Positions 1-8,869 of a stretch of 64,000 bases of DNA are shown here, piece after piece. The position numbers were made by a program, and so were the translations under genes. Every line of letters starts with the position of its first letter. Positions within the stretch are counted from its first letter, which is position 1. The stretch lies in contig DASXDT010000004.1 in assembly GCA_036490475.1 (NCBI GenBank), forward strand, positions 23,797-87,796, given 5' to 3'. Under the pieces are notes generated by a model. It worked only from the letters and a program-made list of their open reading frames with translations. It was not told the origin of the DNA and ran no database searches. This DNA comes from Candidatus Tumulicola sp. Lineage in GTDB: Bacteria > Vulcanimicrobiota > Vulcanimicrobiia > Vulcanimicrobiales > Vulcanimicrobiaceae.

Positions 1-385
1 GAATCTTATTTTGATATTGTAGCGTCTGTTGAAGAACCGCGCCGTATTTCTTGTAGACCAGAATCTGACCGAGGTTCAGAGCAGTATAGAGATACAGGTG
101 GCCGGACGCGCCCGCAGCGATCCCAGGATAGTTGTCTACGCCCGGGCCACTTCCGACGTCTCCAAATTTGCGATCCAACGTCGCGCCGGCGGCGGAATAA
201 GCGCTCACCCAACCTGCCTTCTTACCAACCTGCCGATTGAGAACATAGACTGTAGAAGGTGTTGACCCAGCATGTCGCGCGCGAGACAACGCGGGTTTTG
301 CTTGCTGGGCCGGCGACGCTCCGCCGTTGCAACCTGTTAGGACGAGAGCCGCCAAACTCGCGGCTACAAGGGCGCTCCGATACAT
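1..385 (-). CDS. putative lipoprotein, N-terminal part only (gene runs off the window start)
   Basis: ATG at 385-383 opens MYRSALVAASLAALVLTGC (lipobox LTGC). I translated the frame by hand and it stays open to base 2. It is absent from the ORF track because no stop lies inside the window. GHLYLYTALNLGQILVY resembles the strand motifs of the 8870-12769 paralogs. Confidence 0.5.
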   Translation of the reverse strand, partial: MYRSALVAASLAALVLTGCNGGASPAQQAKPALSRARHAGSTPSTVYVLNRQVGKKAGWVSAYSAAGATLDRKFGDVGSGPGVDNYPGIAAGASGHLYLYTALNLGQILVYKKYGAVLQQTLQYQNKI

Positions 386-679
386 CGATAACCTTTCGAA
401 CAATACATTAGTTTGAGAACGACTCCCGGTAGATCCAAGTACAACGCGGCTAACGATCACTCGCCAATGTTGGAGCCTAGAGCTACCAACATAGATGTTT
501 GGCTCCGGCCAAATATCCGTTCGAACCAGCCGACGGCGCCCCCTGCGGTTAGCGTTTCACCTGAGTTTTAATGGAACCAACATGGTTTGGGGGCAAGCAC
601 GGTTCAACAACATGCGCCTCCAGGGGAGGCCAGCAGTAGGTCCCGAACGGCTAGTTCCGATACTTGTGGGGTATGCCAA

Positions 680-1117
680 ATGACGTTGTCGGCTTTGCAA
701 ATGCTCTTTCTGTCAGGGGTGTTGGCCGTTGGCCCTTCTCCCGCACCGACCACTGCGCCCATGAGTTCGCCCGCGCCAGATGCGCTAACGCAGTTCGTTC
801 CGAGTGACGCGCAGTTCAAAGCCGATATCGATCGCGAGATCAACGTTCTGCCGACGCCTCCACCCGACGTTCTAGCCAAGGCGCAGTACGTGTACGAGGA
901 AAAGCTCACCCAGTTAAAGCGCTGGTGGCTCCTTCCGCTTTTGCCCGAAGAACTCTACGTGCAAATGTACGTAACATCCGTGCGTCACGTGGGGCCGTTA
1001 GTGGTCTGCCGCGGCTGGGCGCTTCGCGTCCCGATGGTGGGAGCGCCGATCGTAGAAACGGATGTGTCGTACATATGTATGGGGCGGTTAAAGCCGATAG
1101 CAAAGTCTACCCAGTGA
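680..1117 (+). CDS. hypothetical secreted protein
   Basis: Internal ATG of ORF 587..1117. MTLSALQMLFLSGVLAVGPSPAP looks like a signal peptide. No family recognised. Confidence 0.35.
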   Translation: MTLSALQMLFLSGVLAVGPSPAPTTAPMSSPAPDALTQFVPSDAQFKADIDREINVLPTPPPDVLAKAQYVYEEKLTQLKRWWLLPLLPEELYVQMYVTSVRHVGPLVVCRGWALRVPMVGAPIVETDVSYICMGRLKPIAKSTQ

Positions 1118-1152
1118 TGAGCGCTTGCGAGCCGCGAAAGGTTACGCCCTAG

Positions 1153-1497
1153 TCATCCATGGTCTAACGGGGCGATTGCGCTATCACACAAGCCTTTCGT
1201 TAGTCGAAGGTGCACGACGGTGGTAAAGCCGTCGGCAGCCTCGATCGCACTGGACATTGCACAAGCCGAACTGGTCTTCGCGAGAACGCCATAATAGCCG
1301 CCGGGGATACCCGAAAAATTGAACGAGCCATCCTTTGCGGTCACAGTCTTGCCGACGTCTGGACCGCCGATAACTGGCTCGACCGAAACGGTTACTCCGG
1401 ATACCGGCTTACCGTTGTCGCCCACGACGGTGCCGGTTATTTCCGGATTCGGCGACAAAGCTGCGACTGCTAGCAATAGGCACGTGAGAATATTCAT
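1153..1497 (-). CDS. secreted carboxypeptidase-regulatory-like (CarboxypepD_reg) domain protein
   Basis: Signal peptide MNILTCLLLAVAAL, then ITGTVVGDNGKPVSGVTVSV...TVTAKDGSFNFSGIPGGYYGV, the typical pattern of this Ig-like domain. Confidence 0.6.
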   Translation of the reverse strand: MNILTCLLLAVAALSPNPEITGTVVGDNGKPVSGVTVSVEPVIGGPDVGKTVTAKDGSFNFSGIPGGYYGVLAKTSSACAMSSAIEAADGFTTVVHLRLTKGLCDSAIAPLDHG

Positions 1498-1565
1498 TCT
1501 GCAATTCCCCTCCGTCGTACAGCGATTGGGGTTTTAGCCGAGTGACATCCGACCCTTCTACAGGC

Positions 1566-2294
1566 TTAAAGCAGCTCGCGCAAGGCTTGCGCTACGACGT
1601 CCGGAGCCTCGATCATCGCAGCACTCCAAACATCGGGAAGGACGGTAGCCTGCATGCGCGCTGCCGTTTTTTGATCTAATGGAGACGTTCCCAAGAGGAC
1701 GGTCCGAAGCTGCACTTTAGCATCGACTGCCGGATCGATCGGTTTGGTTATCTCGAGAGCAACTTCAGCGGTTCTTTCGATCGCATGCGCGGTACGCCGA
1801 TCGGCCACGCGCTCCGCGGCTTCTCCGAGGATCGCATCGCTGATGTGGGCCTCCCCGATCAGCAGCGACATCTGCTTCTTCAAGAATTGCCGATCGTTCA
1901 AAAGGCGAGCTTGTTTGGAGCGAGCGAGAGCGGTCAGGACTTGCCTTCCGATATTCGAGTTTATGACCGATCGCACGACTTGGAGAGCAGGCGTAGTATG
2001 TCGAACGAGCATTGGAGAAAGCAACAGGACGGGGAGCGAGCGCGACATTTGGGCGATAGCTTCGATTGCCGGCTTCGCTGCGGCGTTGTGAGCGACTACG
2101 CAATGGGCGTCGCGCGCAGCTTCAAGAATAGCCTGCCGGCAGGCGATAGAGATGTCTGCGGAGTCCGCAAAGTCTAGCGTATCTACTTCAATAAAGCTGA
2201 GGTCCGGTGCCGCTTGACGCAAGGGAAGCCACGTGGATGGCCCACCCAGGTAAGGAGCAGCACCAGTTATTACTACAACGCGCTTTTCGTGCAT
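1566..2294 (-). CDS. hypothetical protein (possibly alpha/beta-fold)
   Basis: 242-aa ORF starting ATG with GAGGA 8 nt upstream. Composition is protein-like. No motif recognised with certainty. Confidence 0.55.
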   Translation of the reverse strand: MHEKRVVVITGAAPYLGGPSTWLPLRQAAPDLSFIEVDTLDFADSADISIACRQAILEAARDAHCVVAHNAAAKPAIEAIAQMSRSLPVLLLSPMLVRHTTPALQVVRSVINSNIGRQVLTALARSKQARLLNDRQFLKKQMSLLIGEAHISDAILGEAAERVADRRTAHAIERTAEVALEITKPIDPAVDAKVQLRTVLLGTSPLDQKTAARMQATVLPDVWSAAMIEAPDVVAQALRELL

Positions 2295-2500
2295 TCACAT
2301 CCTCAGCAAAATCTCGGCAAGCGTCCAGGCGATTACCAGTATTACATGATTAAACAGTAGGTACGCACCCCAATGCAAGGAGACCGCCCCGAATGGACTA
2401 CCAAAGACCAACAGTCTGTTCGACCCGATAGCTACTAGAGGTTAGCGACGAGTTCCCGCGCTGGGAACACCTTTCTTCTACCCGCACTAGCCGGCCTATA

Positions 2501-2506
2501 AGGAGG
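2501..2506 (+). promoter_or_regulatory. Shine-Dalgarno AGGAGG serving the downstream membrane-protein gene
   Basis: Perfect AGGAGG immediately after the in-frame stop TAA 2499-2501. The next in-frame codons 10-16 nt away are ATT-ATC-ATT. No ATG/GTG/TTG in that frame before 2568. Confidence 0.55.
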
Positions 2507-2516
2507 CTTCTTTCCT

Positions 2517-3854
2517 ATTATCATTCGAACGAGTGGCACAGCGCTAACCTCGGCTCGGACTTTCGTTTTGGTCGCGTCGTGCGTCTTTTTCGCAACGTAC
2601 GTCGCTATCGATTTGAATAAGTTATGCGCCTTGCGGGTTGGTTCGAACACAGGCGAATATCTGCAAACCGCCGTCAATTTCATTCGCTACGGATCTACCT
2701 ATAACTACGTAGATTGGAACTCTACGTTGGCGATGCATGACCAATGGATGACGCTGGCGATCGTTCCTTTCGTCTTGATCTGGCCTCACCCGGAATCCGT
2801 CATCGTGCTCCAGGTCCTAGCCTTGGCCGCGACCGCCCCGTTGCTGTTCGTCCTCGTTCGGAGGTGGGGCGGAAATGCCGAGACTGCAGCCATCGTTGCG
2901 ATAGTCTATCTGCTACAGCCGTCCGTTCAAGGCTTCGCTAATGCAGAATTCGTTCCGCTTGACTTCGTTCCGTTGCTGAGCGTTGGGCTTGCGATTGCCG
3001 TGACCGCTCGATCGCTCGTTTGGAGCTTGCTCCTCGTGCAACTGCTGTGTGGAACCAAAGAAGACGTGGGATTGTTCGTGTGCTGGTTTGGACTCGTTTA
3101 TGCGGCCTTCGGCCATTTGCGATTCGGACTAAGCGTCGCGGCTTTGTCAGGCGCAAATTTGGCTGCGTACTACGCCCTCGCGCATGGCTTTATTGGCGGG
3201 ACGGTGCACCCGACGTATTCGGCTGTAGACGTAAACTGGCCGCAACAGTTAGCGTTTCTAAGCGAGATTTCGGCACCCTTTGCGTTCGCCGCTCTAGCCT
3301 TGGGATGGCGCGTTTTGCTTGCTTTTCCGTTACTAGCGGAACTCTTTTTTGCGCATTGGAATTTTCCGTTGTACCAGGCCGGAAGTTACTACACTGTCAT
3401 GATTGTGACCGCGGTGGTGCTAGCGTCGGCGTATGTCCTAGCGAGGAATGCGGGATGGGCACGACTGTCGATAGCTACCGCCCTTATTATGGCTATGTTT
3501 TTTAACACGACCGTGCTGCACTTCGGCAGGCATTGGTATTCGTGCGATCCGTTGTACAGTCGCGCCCTCGCCTGGAGCTTTACGCAACAGGGAATATATT
3601 TTCCCTGTGAGGATCAAGGCGCTTGGACCGTAGCAGCCGCTGATACGCAGGCACGACTCATAGGGTGCGGACATCATCGTATGCTCCGGCACGCAAGAGC
3701 GGCTTGGGGGAACGAAGCGTTGTTCAGCGATTCACCGTGGACACAAAGCCCCGGCACGCTCCTCGGCCCTCCGCAGCAATGGAGCCTTAACAAAGCCTGC
3801 AAATGGTTCGCTCACGCCGGCTCACGATGCCGCTGTCGGGCACCCCACGTGTAA
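2517..3854 (+). CDS. polytopic membrane protein (DUF2079/GT-C-like by appearance), probable ATT/ATC start
   Basis: ORF track gives 2568..3854 (TTG), with many hydrophobic helices. TTG 2568 falls inside the helix FVLVASCVFFATYVAI. The SD at 2501-2506 argues for initiation at 2517-2523. Family assignment is tentative. Confidence 0.65.
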   Translation: MIIRTSGTALTSARTFVLVASCVFFATYVAIDLNKLCALRVGSNTGEYLQTAVNFIRYGSTYNYVDWNSTLAMHDQWMTLAIVPFVLIWPHPESVIVLQVLALAATAPLLFVLVRRWGGNAETAAIVAIVYLLQPSVQGFANAEFVPLDFVPLLSVGLAIAVTARSLVWSLLLVQLLCGTKEDVGLFVCWFGLVYAAFGHLRFGLSVAALSGANLAAYYALAHGFIGGTVHPTYSAVDVNWPQQLAFLSEISAPFAFAALALGWRVLLAFPLLAELFFAHWNFPLYQAGSYYTVMIVTAVVLASAYVLARNAGWARLSIATALIMAMFFNTTVLHFGRHWYSCDPLYSRALAWSFTQQGIYFPCEDQGAWTVAAADTQARLIGCGHHRMLRHARAAWGNEALFSDSPWTQSPGTLLGPPQQWSLNKACKWFAHAGSRCRCRAPHV

Positions 3855-3897
3855 CAGCAAATGTTGAAGATGGAGCGGAACCGTTTACGGCTGCCTC

Positions 3898-4257
3898 TCA
3901 CGCATTCCATTTTGCCATAGACGTTTGGAAGGCCGGCGCCTTGAATGAGTCGTTACACGCGGAGTCTTCTATGGCAGCCGCGGAGCCCTCACGTATAAAC
4001 GCAATTATTGCGCGGTCGCCACACGAGAACCACAAAGAACCTAGCCGCTGGCGCCAGTAAGGAGTGCGCGTAATCGTCAACAACCAATAGACCTGCTCGT
4101 TTCTGAGTGTGGGAACTCCCGCTTTGCCGACGTCAAGCACGCGGTACACGGGGCGATAACCGCTTTGGGAAGATTGCGCGCGCCCCGAAACCACCGTGCT
4201 TGCAAACGATGCGGCCAACGCCGCCGTAAGAAGTGAGTAGCGCGGTATTTTCGACAC
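3898..4257 (-). CDS. hypothetical secreted protein
   Basis: GTG inside ORF 3898..4365, just downstream of the stop of 4262..4555. VSKIPRYSLLTAALAASFASTVVSGRAQS is signal-peptide-like. Confidence 0.35.
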   Translation of the reverse strand: MSKIPRYSLLTAALAASFASTVVSGRAQSSQSGYRPVYRVLDVGKAGVPTLRNEQVYWLLTITRTPYWRQRLGSLWFSCGDRAIIAFIREGSAAAIEDSACNDSFKAPAFQTSMAKWNA

Positions 4258-4261
4258 AATC

Positions 4262-4555
4262 TTAGACAATCGCTTCGCCGCTTGCTTCGCTTGATCGCTC
4301 TCGCAATGCGACAAGTGCCGTCGCGGCCACGTCGCTTTCTTTGATCGGCGCGGGCAGTTTTCCACCGCCGATGGTTCCGGCGTAAATTTGGTTCAACAAA
4401 GACGCTAGCTCAGCCGCTGAAGCTCCCGTATTAAGCAAATCGCATATCTCCGGAGCGTAGTCGTCGTACTCGTCTGATGCACTCGACAAGCCCCGCACTT
4501 GAAGAGGATCCCAAACTTCCCATAAGACGCCGGCAACGGCTGCTTCTGTAACCAT
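4262..4555 (-). CDS. hypothetical acidic protein
   Basis: 97-aa ORF with protein-like composition. No family recognised. Confidence 0.45.
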   Translation of the reverse strand: MVTEAAVAGVLWEVWDPLQVRGLSSASDEYDDYAPEICDLLNTGASAAELASLLNQIYAGTIGGGKLPAPIKESDVAATALVALRERSSEASGEAIV

Positions 4556-4611
4556 TCTACCCTTTTGAGCTTGGTGCGTGTCGTTAGGCTTCTTGCGAGA
4601 CGGGAATAAGC

Positions 4612-5628
4612 GTGCGAATGAACGCCTTTGAAATCTTCCCTAAGAAAACCTTTGGACTCGGCGGCGTGCCTTTCGGCAATGAGTTCGCATACGTCACCGA
4701 TGAGATCGCGTATTCCACGATCGAAGCCGCGTGGGAGGCCGGGGTGCGGTACTACGATACTTCCCCGTGGTACGGGCTCGGGCTCGCGGAGCGGCGTCTG
4801 GGTACCTTCTTACACAAGCAAAAGCGCCGCGACTACGTGTTATCGTCGAAGGTTGGGAAATTGCTTACGGCGTCGCGTGATAACGACGCGAAGAAATACT
4901 ATCCGTTTACCCCTTCGCCGAACAATCTTCGTTACGACTATACCGGCGACGGCGTTAAGCGCTCGATCGAAGACAGCCTGCAGCGGTTAGGAGTCGATGC
5001 ACTGGACGTCGTTTTCGTCCACGATCTGTCGCCGGACAATCCGTGGTTGCCGGGGCCGTGGGAGGAGCACTTCGAGATCGCTCGCAAGGGCGCATTTCCG
5101 GCTCTGAGCCGGATGCGAGATGAGGGCGTGATCAAGGGCTGGGGTCTGGGCGTCAACTCGCCCGAGCCGATTCTGAAGCTCATGGAGGTGGCCGACGCCA
5201 ACGTCTGCCTCCTGGCGCGACAATATTCGATGATCGATCATGAGAACGCGCTGCATCAGGTCTTTCCAAAAGCCCGTGAGCGAGGGATGGGCTTCGTGGT
5301 CGGTTCGTCGCTCAATGCGGGCTTTATTAGCGGCAGCGCGCGCTTTAACTATGGAGAGGAGAACTACAAGATTCCGGCTGCGGCGATCCAGAAGCGCGAT
5401 CGTCTGCGCACTGTCGCGGACCGTTACGGTGTCGACCTTCGAACGGCGTCGCTGCAGTTTTCGCTTGCACCGGATGTCGCGGCTGCGCTCATCGTCGGAT
5501 GCGCGAATGCGGGGCAGGCTTTGGCGAACTACACGTCAGTCCAGACAAAAGTTCCGGCGGAGTTCTGGTCGGACCTTCGATCGGAGGGATTGATCGAAAG
5601 CGACGCCGCGGTTCCGCCAGAGAAGTGA
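4612..5628 (+). CDS. aldo/keto reductase family oxidoreductase
   Basis: FGLGGVPFGNEF...AGVRYYDTSPWYGLGLAERRLG...LGVDALDVVFVHD...VVGSSLNAG, typical AKR (aldose/fucose dehydrogenase-like) motifs. Confidence 0.9.
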   Translation: MRMNAFEIFPKKTFGLGGVPFGNEFAYVTDEIAYSTIEAAWEAGVRYYDTSPWYGLGLAERRLGTFLHKQKRRDYVLSSKVGKLLTASRDNDAKKYYPFTPSPNNLRYDYTGDGVKRSIEDSLQRLGVDALDVVFVHDLSPDNPWLPGPWEEHFEIARKGAFPALSRMRDEGVIKGWGLGVNSPEPILKLMEVADANVCLLARQYSMIDHENALHQVFPKARERGMGFVVGSSLNAGFISGSARFNYGEENYKIPAAAIQKRDRLRTVADRYGVDLRTASLQFSLAPDVAAALIVGCANAGQALANYTSVQTKVPAEFWSDLRSEGLIESDAAVPPEK

Positions 5629-5892
5629 TCAGTGCGAAAAGACGGTCGTTCACACGTTTACCGTTGCGAATGGCGTGTTTCCGCAAGGTCCGATGCTCCA
5701 TACCGGCGGTACCTTCTACGGAGTAACCGCCGGCAACGTCGAGCAACAGTTCAAGACGAAATACGGGACGATCTTCTCGATGACTCGGTAGATGGAGGTT
5801 AGTTCTAAACTCATGGTATTCGCGCCGTGTTTTGCTCGATGGCATTTCGGAGTTACGTCCAGCTCCTTAGCCTCTTGTTTCGGACTGTCTCT

Positions 5893-6558
5893 TCACGTCG
5901 CCGAGCCCTCTACGATTCGCACTACGGTAGGCAGCGGGTCGGCAGATAGTAGCGCCGCCCACAGATTCGCTTTTTGCCAAGTCAACTGTCCCCCAACGAT
6001 TTGTTCCGACCCAGTTTCTCCCACCAGGTCATGGATTGTCGGTATGAACTTCACATCACCGTCGAGCATGATTGCCACATTTCGACCGATGTATCGTCCG
6101 ATGAAACGATTGTATGCCTTCGGGTCGGCAAACTTGATAACGAGCGCAGGATAGGGCATGTACGGTAGTACGAAGGCATTTGAAAGCGCGCGATCGTTGA
6201 CGGATGGGTACGTCGGACCGTGCGGCATTATCTTAAATGCGATTTTTCCGGTTTGTGTGAAGATCAACGTATTATAGTTGCGCGCCGTTTGGAACGTGAT
6301 GCAGATTCCATCGAACTTCGTTGCATAGGCGGTAGCCTTCATGCCGCCGGCTTTCATCCGTTTTCGTTCGATAAGCAGAGTTTGCTCAAGCTGATTCGCA
6401 GATGGGGCGGCCCCATCTGCCGCTCGAACGCTCAATAGGATCGAGCACGGCACAGCTTGGCCCGTTTCGGCTGCACGAGGCGGAGTCGAAACGGCCAGCG
6501 CCGCGATCAACGTTATGGCAGCGGCGAAGACGAACCTGACAATAGCAATCATGTTCAT
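5893..6558 (-). CDS. hypothetical secreted protein
   Basis: Signal peptide MNMIAIVRFVFAAAITLIAALAV. The segment GRNVAIMLDGDVKFIPTIHDLVGETGSEQIVGGQLTWQKANLWAALL is reminiscent of the SecD/PpiD periplasmic head motif (weak). Confidence 0.6.
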   Translation of the reverse strand: MNMIAIVRFVFAAAITLIAALAVSTPPRAAETGQAVPCSILLSVRAADGAAPSANQLEQTLLIERKRMKAGGMKATAYATKFDGICITFQTARNYNTLIFTQTGKIAFKIMPHGPTYPSVNDRALSNAFVLPYMPYPALVIKFADPKAYNRFIGRYIGRNVAIMLDGDVKFIPTIHDLVGETGSEQIVGGQLTWQKANLWAALLSADPLPTVVRIVEGSAT

Positions 6559-7238
6559 TTAGGTTTCGTCGTCGAGATTGGGGATGGAGACGGAGAAACG
6601 AATAGTGGAACGAATCCACGTTCGCCCGTCGAGGGATAATGGTACGGGAAGCCGATGCAGCGTTGTGCTAGCTGTACGTCGACGTCGAGCCTCATCCCGT
6701 GTTCGGGGATGTCGACCGGGATCCGGCACTCCAAATCGTCTCCGTACGATAACTCCAAAAGCGACTTTCCTGGAAAAGCGAATTCGACGTAATAGGCGGA
6801 CCCGTCGATCTCGACCGGAAGCTCGAAGTCCTTTACAACTAACTTTCCGCGGGTGAAGCCCGCGAAGGGCAGCGTCCCGTAAATCGCAGCGTGTACATCG
6901 TGATGCCCGGACCCCAGGGGCGATACCTGGACACCGACATCGCGGTCGTGACCCGGTAGAACGGTAATCAACGTATCACCCCAGCACTTCCCGTCAACGT
7001 CGAGCCCGACGTCGTACCGGCCCGGATAAACCATTGCGTGGCCGGCGTAGAAGTATGGGCCGAGGCGATTGAAAACGAGATCTGTGGTCGGGTAACCGTC
7101 CTGCGAGACCATATCGGCCTTTCGAAGTACCGTCGCGCTATTGCAACGCGAAACGACCGTGACATAAACTGTCTGCTGCCCGGGATCTGCGCTGGCAACT
7201 GTGGGCTGCATTAGCGCGACGGCGACAACGAGCGCCAT
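6555..7238 (-). CDS. hypothetical secreted protein
   Basis: Internal ATG of ORF 6555..7313 gives MALVVAVALMQPTVASA as signal peptide. 4-nt overlap with the next gene. Confidence 0.6.
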   Translation of the reverse strand: MALVVAVALMQPTVASADPGQQTVYVTVVSRCNSATVLRKADMVSQDGYPTTDLVFNRLGPYFYAGHAMVYPGRYDVGLDVDGKCWGDTLITVLPGHDRDVGVQVSPLGSGHHDVHAAIYGTLPFAGFTRGKLVVKDFELPVEIDGSAYYVEFAFPGKSLLELSYGDDLECRIPVDIPEHGMRLDVDVQLAQRCIGFPYHYPSTGERGFVPLFVSPSPSPISTTKPK

Positions 7239-7523
7239 GGCGGCGGTACTCAACGGCTGGCAACTTGGTTTCGAAGCACAACAACAGCCCCCACCGACGA
7301 GCGACTGCAGCAACAGCTAGATGCCACAACCGCTGATTCGTGGAATCGCGTAGCAATCTTCCTCGAGCCAAGAGAGCCACAAGCGCGAACAACCAAATCG
7401 TTCGTAGATCCGAGGAATTAATCGAGAGCGACGCCCCCGGTTCCGCCGGAAACGTGATCAGTGCGACGAGGCCGGAGCCGAATGCGAGCAGCACTGCGCC
7501 TAAGGAAACCGTTTGAACGTTCA
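7138..7523 (-). CDS. possible small membrane protein (extent uncertain)
   Basis: ATG 7523 is preceded by GAGGT with a 6-nt spacer. The first ~55 aa form two hydrophobic helices. The C-terminal half is Arg-rich and overlaps the next gene, so the true end is doubtful. Confidence 0.3.
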
Positions 7524-7696
7524 TGTTGAGACCTCGTCTGGGCCGTTGGGATCGATGAAATGCGTGATTTGCGGCTCGCCTTCGAGCAGTTTGATGACGC
7601 GTTCTTGCAGCCCGCACCGTACATCCAGCTGCCGATGTTAGAAACCACGGTGGCGGACGCACGCAGGAAGCTCAATTAACATCCATAAGCGATGAG

Positions 7697-8653
7697 GTGA
7701 TGCCCCTAACAATTTGTCGCGCTCTCGCTACGACTGCGCTACTGGTATCGTCGATGACGGCGTCCCTCGGCGCGGCCGCTCCGGATCGAAGTATCCACGT
7801 TACGATTGGAAGCGCCAGCATCGATATCGGCGCGATACAGCGCCTGCTTCGTGGAATTTTCCAGGCCGCTGGAGCCGATACGAGCGGGGGAATGATGGCC
7901 GCACTGGAGGGCAAGCCGCTGCTTCTCCGTGCAAAGATCGTCGATACCGTCGAGACGCCGACCGCGAAGATGCCCGTGGGGTTTCAGTATTTCTATTACG
8001 CGGGTCGCGACCCGAAAACGGAGCGCGAGATCGTTTGGCAGTCGCCGGCGACAAAACATTTCTGTGTTGGAGCGCCCGGATGCCCGCCCAATGATGACTT
8101 TGTTGCCGCTTACGCGCTAGCCGCCATGGACGCTTACTACGTCGACGGCGAGCCCTGGCGGACGCTCTACAAGTCGGCGCCCGATGCCGCGTCGCGCCTC
8201 GCGCTCGGTAAAGCGATCGCAACAGCGATTAACGAGGTCGCCGCTCAAACGCAGGCCCGCGGTGTCGCGGACGTCGCGTGGATCCGCGAACGCATTACGA
8301 TCGGTACGCGTCGCAACGACGCCTACGACGCTTTGCGCTCCTTCGGGCTAGTCGCGTACAACCACGCGTTCAACCCTGGGGTTCCGATAGAATCGCCGCG
8401 GTGGAAGGGGTGCGATTACACCGATAGGACCGCGGCTGCGTGGCCCTACCACGGCGAACCGTTGCCGAAACGATCGGGTCAATGCGCGACCATGGGTTCG
8501 GATGATCCGGGACCGTTTCCATCGGCATACGTGGATGTTTCGGGCGGTTTCACGATCGCATGTGGTAGCGAAGCGTCGGTCGCACTCAACTTCGACACTT
8601 CCGATAGGATCAGTAACGTTAATATCGGCAAATTCGAATGGACGTGCATATAA
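7697..8653 (+). CDS. hypothetical secreted protein
   Basis: 318-aa ORF with signal peptide MMPLTICRALATTALLVSSMTASLGAAAP. No family recognised. Confidence 0.6.
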   Translation: MMPLTICRALATTALLVSSMTASLGAAAPDRSIHVTIGSASIDIGAIQRLLRGIFQAAGADTSGGMMAALEGKPLLLRAKIVDTVETPTAKMPVGFQYFYYAGRDPKTEREIVWQSPATKHFCVGAPGCPPNDDFVAAYALAAMDAYYVDGEPWRTLYKSAPDAASRLALGKAIATAINEVAAQTQARGVADVAWIRERITIGTRRNDAYDALRSFGLVAYNHAFNPGVPIESPRWKGCDYTDRTAAAWPYHGEPLPKRSGQCATMGSDDPGPFPSAYVDVSGGFTIACGSEASVALNFDTSDRISNVNIGKFEWTCI

Positions 8654-8808
8654 TGGACGCTACGCCGTACACCGACTATCGCTGCGATCGCTGCGGCCAA
8701 CCCTGTCGAATCCCCGATACGGTAGAGTTGGCGCGAAAGAGTCGTTGCAGCGTGCCGGAGTGTGGCGGGAGCCTACGTGAAATCGAATTGGAGATGGATG
8801 ACAGGTAA
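8653..8808 (+). CDS. possible 51-aa zinc-ribbon protein
   Basis: ATG overlaps the upstream stop (TAATG). MDATPYTDYRCDRCGQPCRIPDTVELARKSRCSVPECGGSLREIELEMDDR has CxxC...CxxxxC. Too short for the ORF track. Confidence 0.35.
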   Translation: MDATPYTDYRCDRCGQPCRIPDTVELARKSRCSVPECGGSLREIELEMDDR

Positions 8809-8869
8809 GCCGCAGTTGCAACGTTACGACTAGCCACGCAGGACCGTGTCCGCCGGCGTGCCGGGCCGG

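Noticed and set aside
2435-2683. 82-aa minus-strand ORF across the membrane-protein start region
   Set aside because: It overlaps the SD and start of the plus-strand membrane gene, is basic and low-complexity, and has no SD of its own.
5489-5845. 118-aa minus-strand ORF whose middle (..GGYSVEGTAGMEHRTLRKHAIRNGKRVNDRLFAL..) faintly resembles the C-terminus of a GNAT acetyltransferase
   Set aside because: Only a short motif-like stretch, with no acetyl-CoA binding motif. It overlaps the aldo/keto reductase 3' end. At best it is a decayed fragment, and I cannot support it from sequence alone.
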